Of a stretch of DNA of 64,000 nucleotides, positions 26,373 to 40,139 are shown in pieces (position 1 is the first letter of the stretch; the number at the start of each line of letters is the position of its first letter). The stretch is from assembly GCF_006345805.1 (NCBI RefSeq), contig NC_043000.1, forward strand, positions 113,212,001-113,276,000, read 5' to 3'. Both the position numbers and the translations under genes were made by a program. This DNA comes from Octopus sinensis. Its lineage: Eukaryota. Under the pieces are notes generated by a model. The model was not told the origin of the DNA, searched no databases, and worked only from the letters and a program-made list of their open reading frames with translations.

Positions 26373-27300
26373 TGTTTTTTCCTTCTTTCTTCAAATTTTC
26401 TTCCGTTTCTCGCCGAGTATTTTCCATACACCTAGGGCAGAGAAGGGCATTGTATGCATTCCCAGATTACACGCGCAAATTCACAGATAAAATATGTATA
26501 TAAAAATTAATAAATGAATAAATTCATGGATGGATGTTATTTTCACAGCGATAGTGCTCTTCTCAGTACATGAGCCGTTGCAGTTAATACGATTTTTTGC
26601 ACTTCCTGTAATGGATGGTAAGCCTGGAATCATTTTCAAATAGGTTTCAGTACATTTTTTTTATCATTCCTAGAGATCCTACAATCATTGTTACTGTAGT
26701 CGCCTTGAGATGCCACATTTTTTCAATTTCTATTAGCAGGTCTTTATATTTACTAATCTCGTCAAATTCTTTCGCCGCTATATTGTGATCACAGGGAATA
26801 CTCATGTCAATTAATAAACACATCCTTCTTGTCTGATCTTTTATAATAATATACGGTTTATTAGCTTTTATAGTCTTGTCGATCTGCACGGGGAAGTCCC
26901 ATAGAATCGACACATTTTCTCCCCCAATCACAGCTTCAGGATGATGTTTATACCATTTGTCAGCGGTTTTGATTTTATAATGCCGACATATTGTCCAATA
27001 TAAATACTGGCCGACTCTGTCATGTCTAGCTTTATATTCCGCAGGTGCTAAGACTCTACACCCTGAGATTAGGTGCTCTATAGTTTCAATCTCATCGTTA
27101 CAGAATCGGCATTTTGGGTCAGCTCCATTTTTCATCACATTGGCTTGGTAGTTTCGGGTTAATAAGCTTTGGTCTTGAGCAGCTAATATGAAACCTTCAC
27201 TCTCTGCTTTTAGCCCTGAGCTTCGTAACCATTGGTGCGTGTGTTTCTGGTCGACATAAGCTTGTTTGCTACGGGCCACATACTTGCCATGGAGAGGTTT
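26373..27300 (-). mobile_element. 5'-truncated Dong/R4-clade non-LTR retrotransposon: CCHC zinc knuckle plus restriction-like endonuclease (pseudogenised)
   Basis: ORF 26647..27318 reads LHGKY...AAQDQSL.TRNY...CRFC...ETIEHLISGC...YKARHDRV...LWDF...ANKP(Y)II...IDMSIP...KYKDL...VGSLG. A frameshifted end QEVQKIVLTATAHVLRRALSL* follows. (TTA)n flanks both sides and the catalytic PD is mutated to PY. Confidence 0.92.
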
Positions 27301-27335
27301 TATTATTATTATTATCATTATTATTATTATTATTA

Positions 27336-27395
<60 letters not shown>

Positions 27396-27396
<1 letters not shown>

Positions 27397-27755
27397 TGTT
27401 TGACTTTTACTTTACATTTGTACAAGTTGGCTCTAAGTCTCATCCAGAGACCTCAAGAGGCAAGTTGGAAGTTCATGTTGGTGCTTTGCCTAGCGTGCCA
27501 TTTACTTGGTTGTGTACTTAGTGTCGTACTAGTGAATGTTTAAGAAGCCATAAGAAAATTATGTTTGTTTTAAAGCTTGAGATTACATAGAAATTATTTT
27601 GCGTAGGACATGAGTAGTTCCCATGAGCACTATCTTTTGAATTTCTGCCATTTTGGGGTTTCCTGGTATCTGAGTTAGGTAGCAATCAGCCCCTTTCGCT
27701 ATCATTCCCAAGGCACCTATGACAACAGGTATTGTTTTAGTCTTCAGGTTCCAAA

Positions 27756-27757
<2 letters not shown>
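27396..27757 (-). mobile_element. Dong/R4 RLE 3' fragment (family f) in (TAA)n
   Basis: Encodes IWNLKTKTIPVVIGALGMIAKGADCYLTQIPGNPKMAEIQKIVLMGTTHVLRKIISM*, followed by a 3' UTR. Confidence 0.87.
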
Positions 27758-27826
<69 letters not shown>

Positions 27827-28278
27827 TTCATTTCGTAGGGTTGATACAAAATACTAGTTTTTGTTTTTGATTTTTTTTCTTGCCAACTCCTGAGCCTGGA
27901 CAAAATTTCTCAGGCATTAAGTACCTTTCCATCTATGTGCACTTACAGGGCGATATAATTTTGGAGCAATAGGTTGCCTGTCTTCAAGTCCAATCTGTCC
28001 AATCAAGTCCAATAGTTTTGTTGGAGCCGAATTTACTGTGCCAAGATAGCCATTAAAACTTTAGCATTTGCTTCTGGATATCACCACATCCTTGATGCTT
28101 CCATTTGGATTGTTCATTTTTCCGAATCTTTTCTACTTCTTTGACTGCGAAATTTTTGTCTGCAGAATTAGAAACGCTCATCGCTGGTGTTGTTGTTGTT
28201 GTTAAATCATCATCATCATCATCATCATCATCACCATCACCACCACCATCCCCCTTCCCCTCCTCCTCCTTATTTTTA

Positions 28279-28353
<75 letters not shown>

Positions 28354-28862
28354 CATCATTATCATTATTATTATTGTTTTCTCAATAGCCTGGCTACAAG
28401 AATTCAATTTGCTGCGGTTTATTAAGTTATATGGTCGTTGGCAGCTTATTTTGCTGGTGTCAAGTGGATTCATGACTGCAAATTGAAAATAAAATTGCGA
28501 AAATGGTAACAATTAATTGACAACAAAAAGGTCAAGCCGTGTTTGGAAAAATTCCAAGTCAGGCTCTCTCTTGCTCTTTCTCTCCCTCTCTCATTGCTGA
28601 AAGAATTGGATCTGTATAAGACAAGGAATTAGTTCTTGGAAATTGGCTACAAGAGGAAGAAAGCAGCGTGCTAAAAGTAAATAAAACTGCAAATGATAAA
28701 GTCAAATACATTTGTCGAAAATAACCAATTTTAAAGATCACCAAGAATGATATATATTAACTTCACAGAGATACGAGCGAGTTTTTCTCCATCGTCTATC
28801 ATCATCATCATCTTCATCTTCATCATCATCATCATCATCATCATCATAACCACCACTATCAC

Positions 28863-28903
<41 letters not shown>

Positions 28904-29390
28904 CTATCATCATCATCATCGGTTTATCTATTCCTTTTTATTTTTATCATCATTATGAAATTTTTCGCCGACACCAATCAGGGTTGCATAGATATTGCCC
29001 GCCATTATAGATACAGGAGCCTGTGTTTTAACTGAATCCTTCCGACAAAATACCTCGCAATGTCTTGTTAGAGGCCTTTAGGGGTTTAAACTCTACCGGG
29101 GTTAACATCGCCTTTCATTCTTCCAGGATCGATAAACTTAACTCCCTTCCAACAAAACCTACAACCAGAGAAAACAAGCCTAGATTGTCGAACGAAATAT
29201 TACACTGAGTTCAAGTCATGCCAAGGTCGATTTTGCCTTTCATTCTGTCGGGGTCGGTAAAATAAAGTACCAGCTGAGTACCAAGGTTGATGCTATTCTC
29301 TTACCCAACTCTTCAAATTTACAAAAAGATTATTATTATTTGTCCGATGCTGCTCATAAACGCATTTCTAATCTTTATTTTTCTAATCTT

Positions 29391-29810
29391 TACTCTTTTA
29401 CTCTTTTACTCTTTTACTTGTTTCAGTCATTTGACTGTGACCATGTTGGAGCACCGCTTTTAGTCGAGCAAATCGACCCCAGGAACTTATTCTTTGTAAA
29501 CCTAGTACTTATTCTATCGGACTCCTTTGCCGAAACGCTAAGTTACGGGGCCGTAAACACACCAGCATCGGTTGTCAAGCGATGTTGGGGGGGGGGGTAA
29601 ACATAGACACACAAACATATATACACACACATACATACATATATACGACGGCCTTCTTTTTAGTTTCCGTCTACCAAATCCACTCACAAGGCTTTGGTCG
29701 GCCCGAGGCTATAGTAGAAGACACCTGCCTATGGTGCCATGCAGTTGGACTGAACTCGGAACTATGTAGTTTATAAGCAACCTACTTCCCACACAGCCAC
29801 TCCTACTCCT
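29391..29810 (-). mobile_element. SINE family A, near full length
   Basis: Reverse complement of the 918-1322 family, including the GTTCAGTCC B-box-like segment. Confidence 0.9.
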
Positions 29811-29879
29811 TTATTGATTTTTCTTAATAATGTTCTAATTAAACAATACAATCAAATTTTGTGGATATCTTCTTAGTTT

Positions 29880-30440
29880 ACTTTTATTGAATAAATATTG
29901 CGGTCCCATGCGATCTCTTACCAACCATAGCCATTTTGATCTCGTTTCAGTTGTTGTTCCAACCACCTTCATGGCTTTCTTCAGTTGTCTGGGTTCCAGA
30001 TCTACCTTCAGCAGGAAATTGTGCGCTGACCTACATGGAAGGCTGCGGCAGTCGAAATCAATGGGAGAATGAGGCCGCATGTCATCTCTTGTCCTAATAT
30101 TACAATTTGTTTATCTGGTGGGAAATATCAAGTCTCTCTTCTCAGGGTAATGTGAATCCGACCGTGATGATTGTTTTTGTATTTTTGGAGAGTAGGAACA
30201 TCTCTGGTCGACATGATGTCACCACTGTCTCCCTTGAGACTACAAGTCTGTCTCTCTGGTTTGCTTGTATCATTCGTTCTGAGGCTGAACGCAAAATAGC
30301 AACGGGTCACCTTTCGCCCTGGAAGATTTGTCGACTACCTTTAGGAATTTGATGCCATTTGGTGGCAGCGACTGGTGTTTATTAGTCTGCACACTTTGCA
30401 CATCGTTCCACTTGGTAATTTCTGCAAAAACTGTTGCGGT
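29880..30440 (-). mobile_element. Highly decayed HERO/NeSL-like RLE retrotransposon C-terminus
   Basis: Encodes ETVVTSCRPEMFLLSKNTKTIITVGFTLP*EERL and PIDFDCRSLPCRSAHNFLLKV...LKKAMKVVG...SKWLWLVRD. These resemble the T.LRPD...IELTVPWEE and P.EVG.RGF...S.WLW..R motifs of that group. Confidence 0.6.
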
Positions 30441-31426
30441 TAAAATATCTGGTCTTCCAGTATGTCTCATTGAAGTAATATTGTCCGTAGAAGGAGGCAA
30501 AGAATACAAACATTTTGTTGGTTTGTAGAATGATGAGATGTAACTGAAGAATATGGAAGATAAGTTGGTGAAGAATGTTGATGGAAGGAAAAGAATGAAG
30601 TTGAAATAATTAAACTGAAGATTTAGTAATAAAGGTAATTTTACTCCATATCAGTTTTGACGAAACAGACACATCGTCGTAGGTATTACAAATGGGAGCA
30701 TCCTGAATTTTATTCAAAGATAGAGCATCTAAGAAAGCATCACCCAAGGTGTTTTTACCATCTTTCTCGAATTTAGACAATAATGAATTCAAGACGATTT
30801 CAATGCTATTCCAAACCATTCAAACGATTACTAATGTGTCCAATTAACTCAGAATTAGTTGAAGTAGATTAATCAAAAACTCTAAAAGTAAACAATGGTG
30901 GCATTCATGAATAAGGGTTGCTAGGCATGCGATTGATGACTATATGAGATTTCTCTGTGATAACTAAGAAAGTAATGGAGGCCCAGGGACAGACACCAAA
31001 TTATATATGAGCATGCATTCAACGATGAGCATGAATTCAACTTTGCAATTTGATGGAATTGCTGAAGTAAGTGGCAACAATATTTTGCGTTGGTCGGAGA
31101 AAAGAGAAAACTCAACAACAGGTGAATGGAATTTATCGTCGTTGTTAGACGAACACTCAAAACTTACAAAAACAACATCGCTATTTAAGATTGAAGCAAT
31201 TATTTATAAAACCGAGGTGATGTCAGTTAAAGTGGATGCAGACACTATGAATAGGCATTAGAAAGATAGATTGCAACATAACAGCTTCAATAACATGTTC
31301 GTATTCAGAAATATAAAGAAAAGGAATATGGAATATCACCAGGCTATCCATGTACAATTGTTAATTAAAAGACAATAGAATACAAATAAACGTCCACTAA
31401 CAAAATATTCCTAAAATATACATAGC

Positions 31427-31463
<37 letters not shown>

Positions 31464-31499
31464 TGCGTATATGTGTCTATATGCATATATATATATATA

Positions 31500-31826
31500 T
31501 ATAAGAATTGTTTGCGTAATGAGATAAAAAAACAAGGCTGTATAGATATTAGAGCATTTATAGATAGAAGGTCTTACAGCTGTTTCTAGGATATTAATTA
31601 ATAATATCCGTTCATCGGAAACGTTTCTATAAATGCTCTAATATCTATACAGCCTTCGTTTTTTATCCCATTACGCAAAAAATTCTTATATACAGACGCT
31701 GACATAGAACCAACATTGAACCCTTTATTCACAAAATTACCGTATCTGGAACTTAACTATGCTTAACTATAGCACTTATTCAGCATTACCTGGCACCTTT
31801 GGGTCTCAATGACACAATTATCTCTT
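31500..31826. mobile_element. Penelope-like element end with inversion: inverted repeat, hammerhead and GIY-YIG C-terminal remnant
   Basis: 31500-31563 is the reverse complement of ~31627-31691. Plus strand 31772-31810 encodes ALIQHYLAPLGLN, the PLE GIY-YIG terminal L.P.GLN motif. (TA)n flanks both sides. Confidence 0.7.
31570..31623 (-). ncRNA. Minimal Penelope-type hammerhead (same family as 22184; core reads CCGAUGA)
   Basis: GUUU-CCGAUGA-AC-GGAUAUUAUUAAUUAAUAUCC-UA-GAAA-CAGCUG-UA-AGACC. Confidence 0.6.
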
Positions 31827-32655
31827 ATATATATATATATATATATATATAAAGCAAGATTTTCTTAAGTTAAACATTTTTTAAAGCTAAGAATACGACA
31901 CTAGTCTTTGAGAATGAAGATTTCATACGGTATCAAGCGCTGTGGCTGTTTACAGCTTTCCAAACAAACAAGCCACGGAGTAATCAAAAATTGTTTTTCA
32001 TAGCGGTGTTGCCTATTTCCAGTTTAGTTTCAAATTTAGAATTGTTATATATTATTTTTTGCTTAATAGCTGATAATCTTTCTTCCGTTCTTTTAAAATA
32101 GTGAATATTTTAACTTTTCCATGTGCACAAATATTTATATTTTCACTATTTGGAAAATTTTTAAAAGATGATTTTTTTTTAAATTCGTTATTTATGTATC
32201 CTAAACCGATGAATATATTTTGGCCGGTATAACTCTCATGGCATCGTGGGCATGTAAATAAAATTGCTTTGCTTTGACATTCATATTTGGACTAGCATTC
32301 GAAGGTGTTTAATTTTTGAATTTTTTGTTTGTTTCTGGTTGAATTATTTCACACGCCCCACAACGGAAATCTGCGCAGTTAGTTGTCCTCATTATTTCTT
32401 GTTCTGAAGTGAATTTCTTATTTGTTAAAGACCTTTCAAGTTTCAGTGGTTGTCTTCGGTGGTTGTCTTCGGTAGTTGATAATTTGTGATTCTTAAATTT
32501 TCTAATTAGTTATGATTGCTGTAGTATTGTAATACATTGCAGTTACAATGATTGAAGCTGATTACAAAGGCTACATTACTTTCTGGAATATAGTTGGAAT
32601 ATAGTCCGTGACACATCTGATGAAACTTGTTATTAACATTGAAACTGACCTGGAT

Positions 32656-33030
32656 AGTTTTGACGTGGCCATCATCTATACAAATATCCTCCAAGGATGA
32701 GTTTTAAAAGCAGTAGGATTCTGCATTTACAAGGATCCCACACAGCAATCACAAGAAATCCCTTAAAGAATTCATACATGGAGGATTGCAACTGGAGCTA
32801 AAAAAATAAGTTCTTTTCCTCTGAAAACCAATATTTGTTACAAATACAAAAATGGTAATAGAATGAAAGTTGCACCAACAGCTGCAACACTAATACTTAT
32901 ATTTCTTGAAGAAAAAAAATCTATGCCCCTTCAGGGATTACGTTTGATCAGGATTTCCAATCCTATCTAAAACGAAGCTGGGAAATATTCTTGGATGACT
33001 GGTTCGGATTTTGGAACAGAAATAAGGAAG
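32656..33030 (+). pseudogene. Decayed Penelope-like reverse transcriptase fragment
   Basis: SFDVAIIYTNI / KEFI.GGLQLELK / YLLQIQ / MKVAPTAATLILIFLEEK / SWEIFLDDWFGFW match the PLE RT motifs SFDV.SLYTNI, G...AP..A.L....LE and W.R(F/Y)LDD.F..W, with stops and frameshifts. Confidence 0.8.
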
Positions 33031-33475
33031 TCAATTGATAGCGACTCTCAAATAGAAAGGGAGATAAACTGAAACATTTTAAACACATTACTTGCGGTTA
33101 CGAATCACTGCTGTTTCTTTAAAGGCGTATGGCAGCTGTGATCGTCTGCTTCGGCATGTCTACCTTCTTCCGGAATGTACTACCTAACGGTTAGATTCTA
33201 ACCCAACTCGTAAATTAGTAAATTGATGTCTCTTAAACAGAAAAAGAATTAAATATATTTTTACCAAAATCAACATTATCAATTAACTTGAGGAATTTCT
33301 TCTAAATTTTCGAAAAATATTTCCTCGTGCCTATAAGTGTCCTTAATAGCTGCCACTTAGATATTTTTTTCCAAATTTCAATACTTAATTTATTGCCTAG
33401 AGCATTCGCTACATGACCCATTAACTTAATTATCCGAATTCATGCAATTGTACACTTTAAATTATTTCCTTTAGC

Positions 33476-33562
<87 letters not shown>

Positions 33563-33873
33563 GTCTATCTTTTAGTTTCTATCTATTTTTCCCAATCTCT
33601 TTACGCTTCTTTATGTGTGTGTATAAATACACCTATGTATAAATAAATATATATATACGCCTGTGTGTATATTTATGTACATACACAGGCATACACACAT
33701 GTGTAGGTATGTATTTATGTATTTATATATGCATGTATGTAGCATGTATGGATGCATGTATGTATATATGCTTATGCTGTACCCCAGGGTATGATTACAG
33801 AGCACATATTCCAAGACAGAAACTATTGTATTTGCAGTTAAGACTATATTATATTTAATATTTCCGGGGAGTT

Positions 33874-34106
33874 AAGGCGGCGAGCTCGCAGAAACATTAG
33901 CACGTCGGACGAAATGCGTAGCCGTATTTTGTCTGCCGTTACGTTCTGAGTTCAAATTCCGCCGAGATCGACTTTGCCTTTCATCCTTTCGGGGTTGATA
34001 AATTAAGTACCAGTTACGCACTGGGGTCGATGTAATCGACTTAATCCATTTGTCTGTCCTTGTTTGTCCCTTCTATGTTTAGCCCCTTGTGGGTAGTAAA
34101 GAGATA
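33874..34106 (+). mobile_element. SINE family B, full length
   Basis: AAGGCGGCGAGCTCGCAGAAAC...GAGTTCAAATTCC...GCCCCTTGTGGGTAGTAAAG. Confidence 0.9.
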
Positions 34107-34534
34107 TTTGGTTAAGCCATCGTATTGGAATTACGAGAAGGACGTAGGTTGAAATAAAAAAAAAATTTGGAATATGAAAGAATAGAGTTTGAGTCGTGAA
34201 TCTCAATGGAATCTCTGCACGCTTTCTTTCCATAATCCTTTCTTCTTATCCTGCTTTGAATTTCGCCTTACTATGACCAGCTTTACGTAATAGCAATTCT
34301 TTGGACTTATTGAATAACTATTACCAAGGAATACTAGTATATACCGACACCAGTATGAACATTCTTCATCTGATCTTTTATCGACCTCTTATGATCTGTA
34401 CTCCACTAACGATTCTGTCTTCACTTTTAAATATATAAATGCCATTATCTGACTTGATAACAGTTGTATGACTGTTCATAATTTTATCCCATTATATATA
34501 TGTATGTGAGCGTGTGTATTTCTTTATTTCTTCA

Positions 34535-34570
<36 letters not shown>

Positions 34571-35037
34571 ACTGTATATATGATTTATATATATATATAT
34601 ATGTTTATAAATATGTATGTGTACGTATCTATAAGTATCAAAATACACACACATACAAATAAGTATGTATATACACATGTATTGTACTTGTGTGTCCATG
34701 GGCATTTGCGGCCATCTTATTTGCTGATAGCACAATCGTGCGTGTGTACATTATACATGCGGTTTATTTGTCTGCATGTGTTTGTACAAATGCGTATGTT
34801 AGCGGCTGTTTCTCTTGTTTGTTTGTCTAATACTCATCTATAATTGTGCATGTATTGATATACAATCAGAACATCCAATCAATCAATCACAATATCCAAT
34901 AATATATATACTGCTTTGATATTTTATCCATGTTTCTCGCTCATATCAATATATTTCGATCAATTTTCAATTTCGTTTCCATATAATTACCTGTAGTGGT
35001 AGAGAAAATATTTCCTCCGCCCCACTTATCACACCCT

Positions 35038-35072
<35 letters not shown>

Positions 35073-35549
35073 GTATATATGTATGTATGTATGTATGTAT
35101 TATGTATATATGCATATATATATATATATGTATATATTATATATATGTATATATATAATATATATATATATATGTATATTATGTATATATATATTATAAT
35201 ATATGTATATATATATATATACACACATATATATATATATACATATGTATATATACACATATATATACATATATATACATATATTCATATACATATATAT
35301 GTATATATACTTACACACATATGTATATATACATATATATATACATACATATATATATATACATATATACATATACATATATACACATATATACATATAT
35401 GTATATATATATACATATACATACATACATATATATATACATATATATCATATATATATATATATATGTATAAGTATATATATGAATATATACATACATA
35501 GACACACACATACACACACACACACACATATATATATATAAATATATAC

Positions 35550-35580
<31 letters not shown>

Positions 35581-35605
35581 TATAATATGTATATATATAT
35601 ATAAC

Positions 35606-35653
<48 letters not shown>

Positions 35654-36202
35654 TACACTCGTGTGTACATATATGTGTGTATGTGTATATATTTGTATAT
35701 GTTTGTATGTATGTATGTATGCATATTGGAGTGTATTCTTGTTTTATTTTATAAACGAAACAGAAGCGATGCGCTGACATTACGCTGCGTTGCTTCTCCA
35801 ATTTCCGTTTGTTTTCACTGAGAACGCCATTGAAAAGAGGATCAGAAACTTTTGTATAGGAGATCAATAAGACCAACATATAATAGCGGATCATTAACAA
35901 AAAAATTCTAATTATTATTATTAGTGTGACAAATGAATTTGCCGAATGGTTTCGAGAATTAAAAAAAAAAACTCTTTTGGCGATGAGTTCCGGGTCAACA
36001 TTTTGCGTGTGTGCATTTGAATATGGCTGTGTGTGTGTACATGATTGTACGGGTTGCATTCTGTTTATTTGCAATATAAGTTCATCCAGTTTATACGTAT
36101 CGATGCAGCTTGGATAGAGCTGCATGGATACGTCTACTTCGCAATTATTATTATTATATTATTATTATTATTATTATTATCATCATCATTATTATTATTA
36201 TT

Positions 36203-36825
36203 CTATGTTTGACTTTTGCTTTATATTTGTCCAAGTTGGCTCCAAGTCTCACCCAGAGACCTCAAGAGACAACATGGTTGGAAGTTCATGTTGTTGTTAT
36301 GCCTAGTGTGCCATATATTTGGGCGGGGTGTTGTACTAATGAATGTCTTCGAGTCTTGCATGCATAGTGGGCTTACTACCATGCTATTCATTGTTTCCAT
36401 CTATCTAAAACTTTCCTGAATATTCTGGTTGTGCCAAGGATGCAAACCTTTTACAACAGTTCTTCTGGGCACTCTTTTCCTATTTCCTTTATATTCCTCT
36501 TGATGCCTTCTGATACTGTTCCCAACGACCCAACAATAATCGGCACTATCTTCACCTTCTTCATTTTTCATACTCTGGGCTATTTCGTACTTAAGAGGGT
36601 TGTACTTATCTATTTTTTTTTTGCCTTCCTTCTTGACTATTCATGGGTCAAAGGGGTATCCAACATCGACTATATAGCATATGTGGTGCGCCATGGCCAC
36701 CACCTCTAGGTCCGCTCTGTTATGCTCTTGCTTCTGACCTGTTTAGATTGCGAAATCCCAGAGGATTTTACTTGTCTCCGACTCCGCCATTTTCTGCGGT
36801 TTGTGTTAATACCACGTCTTGCCTC

Positions 36826-36826
<1 letters not shown>
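36203..36826 (-). mobile_element. Decayed Dong/R4 RLE 3' fragment in (TAA)n
   Basis: Encodes TWY*HKPQKMAESETSKILWDFAI*T...NRADL...IVDVGYPFD...DKYNPLKYEIA...IVPIIVGSLGTVSEG...ILGTTRIFRKVLD, with (TTA)n on both sides. Confidence 0.85.
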
Positions 36827-36902
<76 letters not shown>

Positions 36903-37299
36903 TTATTATTATTATCATTATTATTATTATTATTATTATTATTTTACAGACCTTCTACGAAGAATGTATTGGGAGGGGAGTCATAATATTTCAATTCCTA
37001 GTGCTAGTTTGTTATTTCAGATTGTCGAAACAAAACTGATGGAGAAGGAATTTGACCAAAATGTCATCATCTTTGAGAAGTGAATTGTCTGAGAAATTAA
37101 TCATTATTCCGCTTCTTTCATTCTTGTTGTTGTTCTTCTTCTTGAGACTGTTTCAGGCTATCATATTCTCCTTTTCGCTTTTCTTCTTAATGTCGTCTTT
37201 CTTGCTGTTGTTCACCGCTTCCTTATTCTCAAGATTCTCCCTTGCTTTTACGGTCCTTCCTCTTCTCCATCATCATAATCATCATCCACATCGTCATCG

Positions 37300-37638
37300 T
37301 CGTCTTCATCTTCATCTTCTTTCTTTCTCTTTTTCTTACTTTCTCTCTTTCTCTCTCCCTTCTTTTTCTCCCTCTTTCTTTATCTCTCTCTTTCTTTCTT
37401 CCTTCCTTCCTTTCTTTCTCTCTTTCCTCCTTTCTCCCTTTCTTTCTTTCTTCCTCTCCTTTCTTTCTTTCGTTCTTCCTTTCTTCCTCTCCTTCTTTCT
37501 TTCTTTCTTTCTTCCTTTCTTCCTCTCCTTTCTTTCTTCCTTGCTTTCTTTCTTCCTTACTTTCTTTCTTCCTTGCTTTCTTTCTTCATCTCCTTCTTGC
37601 TTTCTTTTTTCATCTCCTTCTTGCTTTCTTTCTTTCTC

Positions 37639-37686
<48 letters not shown>

Positions 37687-38164
37687 TCATTCTTCCTTTC
37701 TGCCCTTTACTTTAGGACGTCTGTCGTCTATCATTTCTCTGTCAGTATAGCGATCCTTCCTTCCCCCCCCTCCTGCTCTTTCACTTACGCATCCCCTTCC
37801 CCACCTCTTATTCTCTTCCTCCTCCCATTCTCCGTCTCCTTCCCTCCTACTTCTCCCCTCCCCTTCTTCTTCCTTCTCATCATCACCAACATCATCATCA
37901 TGTGCAGGAATATTGATATTAAACACAGCCCTTGTCATGAGGACAATCATCACTTTTATCAGATTTACCTTTGTCCCCCACTACTACGACTACCACTACT
38001 ACTACTACTACTACAATACTACCACTATCACACCCCAGTATTACTATTACTACTACTACTACCACCAACACCACCGCCAACACCAACACCAAAACCACCA
38101 CCGCCGCCGCTACCACCACCACCATCACCAACACTACTACCACCACCGCCGCTGCCACCACCAT

Positions 38165-38210
<46 letters not shown>
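37300..38210. repeat. Polypyrimidine (TTTC)n tract followed by CTA/CCA trinucleotide arrays
   Basis: Read directly from the sequence. Confidence 0.9.
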
Positions 38211-38211
<1 letters not shown>

Positions 38212-38324
38212 GCTATCTCTCCTTGTCCTTGCAGTTCTCTGACCATTTGCATCTCGTAATTTCTACAGATTTTATTCTCACATCTAAACGTTTTATTTCC
38301 AGTCGATATCCTTCCACTAAGATC

Positions 38325-38555
38325 GCGGCGGGCTCGCAGAAACGTTAGCAGGCCGGGCGAAGTGCGTGGCCGTATTTCGTCTGCCGCTACGTTCTGAGTT
38401 CAAATTCCGCCGAGGTCGACTTTGCCTTTCATCCTTTCGGGGTCGATAAATTAAGTACCAGTTACGTACTGGGGTTGATGTAATCGAATTAATCAATTTG
38501 TTTGTCCTTGTTTGTCCTCTCTGTGTTTAGTCCCTTGTGGGTAATAAAGAAATAA
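38325..38555 (+). mobile_element. SINE family B, full length
   Basis: Matches 33874-34106. Confidence 0.9.
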
Positions 38556-38559
38556 GAAG

Positions 38560-38750
38560 TAGGAAGAAAGAATGAGCGAAAATTGTGGTGAAAGAGTACA
38601 GCGGGGTTCAACCCCCCACCCACCCACCGGAACCTTGTGGAGCTTAGGTGATTTTGCTCAGTAAACACTCGCAATGCCCGGACTGGGAATAGAAACTGCG
38701 ATCTTACGACCGCGAGTCCGCTGCCTTAACCACCGGGCCATCACGCCTCC
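38560..38750 (-). mobile_element. tRNA-derived SINE, family E
   Basis: Minus strand reads GGAGGCGTGATGGCCCGGTGGTTAAGGCAGCGGACTCGCGGTCG...GTTTCTATTCCC (A/B-box-like), then GTGTTTACTGAGCAAAATCACC. Confidence 0.6.
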
Positions 38751-38794
38751 ACCATTGCTGCTGGTGTTGCTGGTGTTGTTGTCGTTGGTGGCGG

Positions 38795-38827
<33 letters not shown>

Positions 38828-39213
38828 GCTCTTGGTTAATCTTATTCTGCGCCTTGGCTTTCTTCTGGAACTCAGTTACGATCTTATTAAAGCTGAAGTT
38901 TACGATCCTTTAATCGTTGCAGTTGTTGTTGTTGTTGTTGTTGTTGTCGTTGGTCTTGTAATTGTTATTCTGATGGGAATCGCTATTTATCTATGTAGTT
39001 TTATACATTTATCATCTTTTTTTCATCGAATGCTTCTCATCCATCATCGTCTTCTTGCTATCGTTGTTCATTCAGCAACTCTTTTGCTTCGTATTTTTTA
39101 CGTTTGTTGTTGATGTTACTGTTGTTGTTGTTGTCATCGTTGTTTTTGTTCTTGTTCTTCTTCGATTTTTATTTCTTCTTCTTCTTCTTCTTCTTCTTCT
39201 TCTTCTTCTTCTT

Positions 39214-39246
<33 letters not shown>

Positions 39247-39434
39247 TTCCTTCTTCTTCTTTTCTTCTTCTCCTTCTTCCATTTCTATTTTCTACTTCTT
39301 CCTTTTCTTCTAATCTTTCTTCTTCTTCTTCTTCTTTTTTTCCCCTTCTTCTTCTTTCATTTCTTTTTTTCTATTTCTTCCCCTTCTTCTTCTACAAAAA
39401 CAACTTGCCCTCCTGCCGCTTCTGTTGCAGCTGG

Positions 39435-39519
<85 letters not shown>

Positions 39520-39884
39520 TCCTCCTTCTACACCACATTTTCTTCTTCTGCCTGACCCTCTCAGGCATTTATATCAATAATATCACCAACACGAACAGGA
39601 ACCCAAAAACAAAAAACAGAAAACGACAACAAATAATCGAAAGGGGGAAACTGCAAACATAACAGACATTCGCAGACACAGAAAAAGCATATTCCTATCT
39701 CTGCATTTTCTTGTTTCTTCAAAGTCCCTAATGTCTCCACTCGTTAACGACAGCTGCCTTTGTTTTGCAGCAAATTCTATTGGGTTTCTTCACACGACGA
39801 ACTCTGTCACAGTTTGCCCTATATATATTTGTGTGCGCGCGTATGTGTATGTGCGTGCGTGTGTGTGTTTGTGTGTGTATGTTA

Positions 39885-39915
<31 letters not shown>

Positions 39916-40139
39916 AACATATAGACGTAGTGTTGAAGGTCAGTTTTTTCTCATTTGTTATCAATGTTAATTAGAAAATATTCCTAAAGCTATGGCATTT
40001 GGCAATATTTTTTTCCAATAATTCCTATATCATTTTTAATAATGTTTTTTTTTTCTTTAATTATGATTATTTATGAGTCGGATAACTGTGTTGTATTTTT
40101 TTCCTGTACACATATGCGTTATATACCTCAATGTATATA

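Noticed and set aside
38680-38750. tRNA-like sequences at SINE heads as real tRNA genes
   Set aside because: Stems are degenerate and run into SINE bodies, so they are called SINE heads, not tRNAs.
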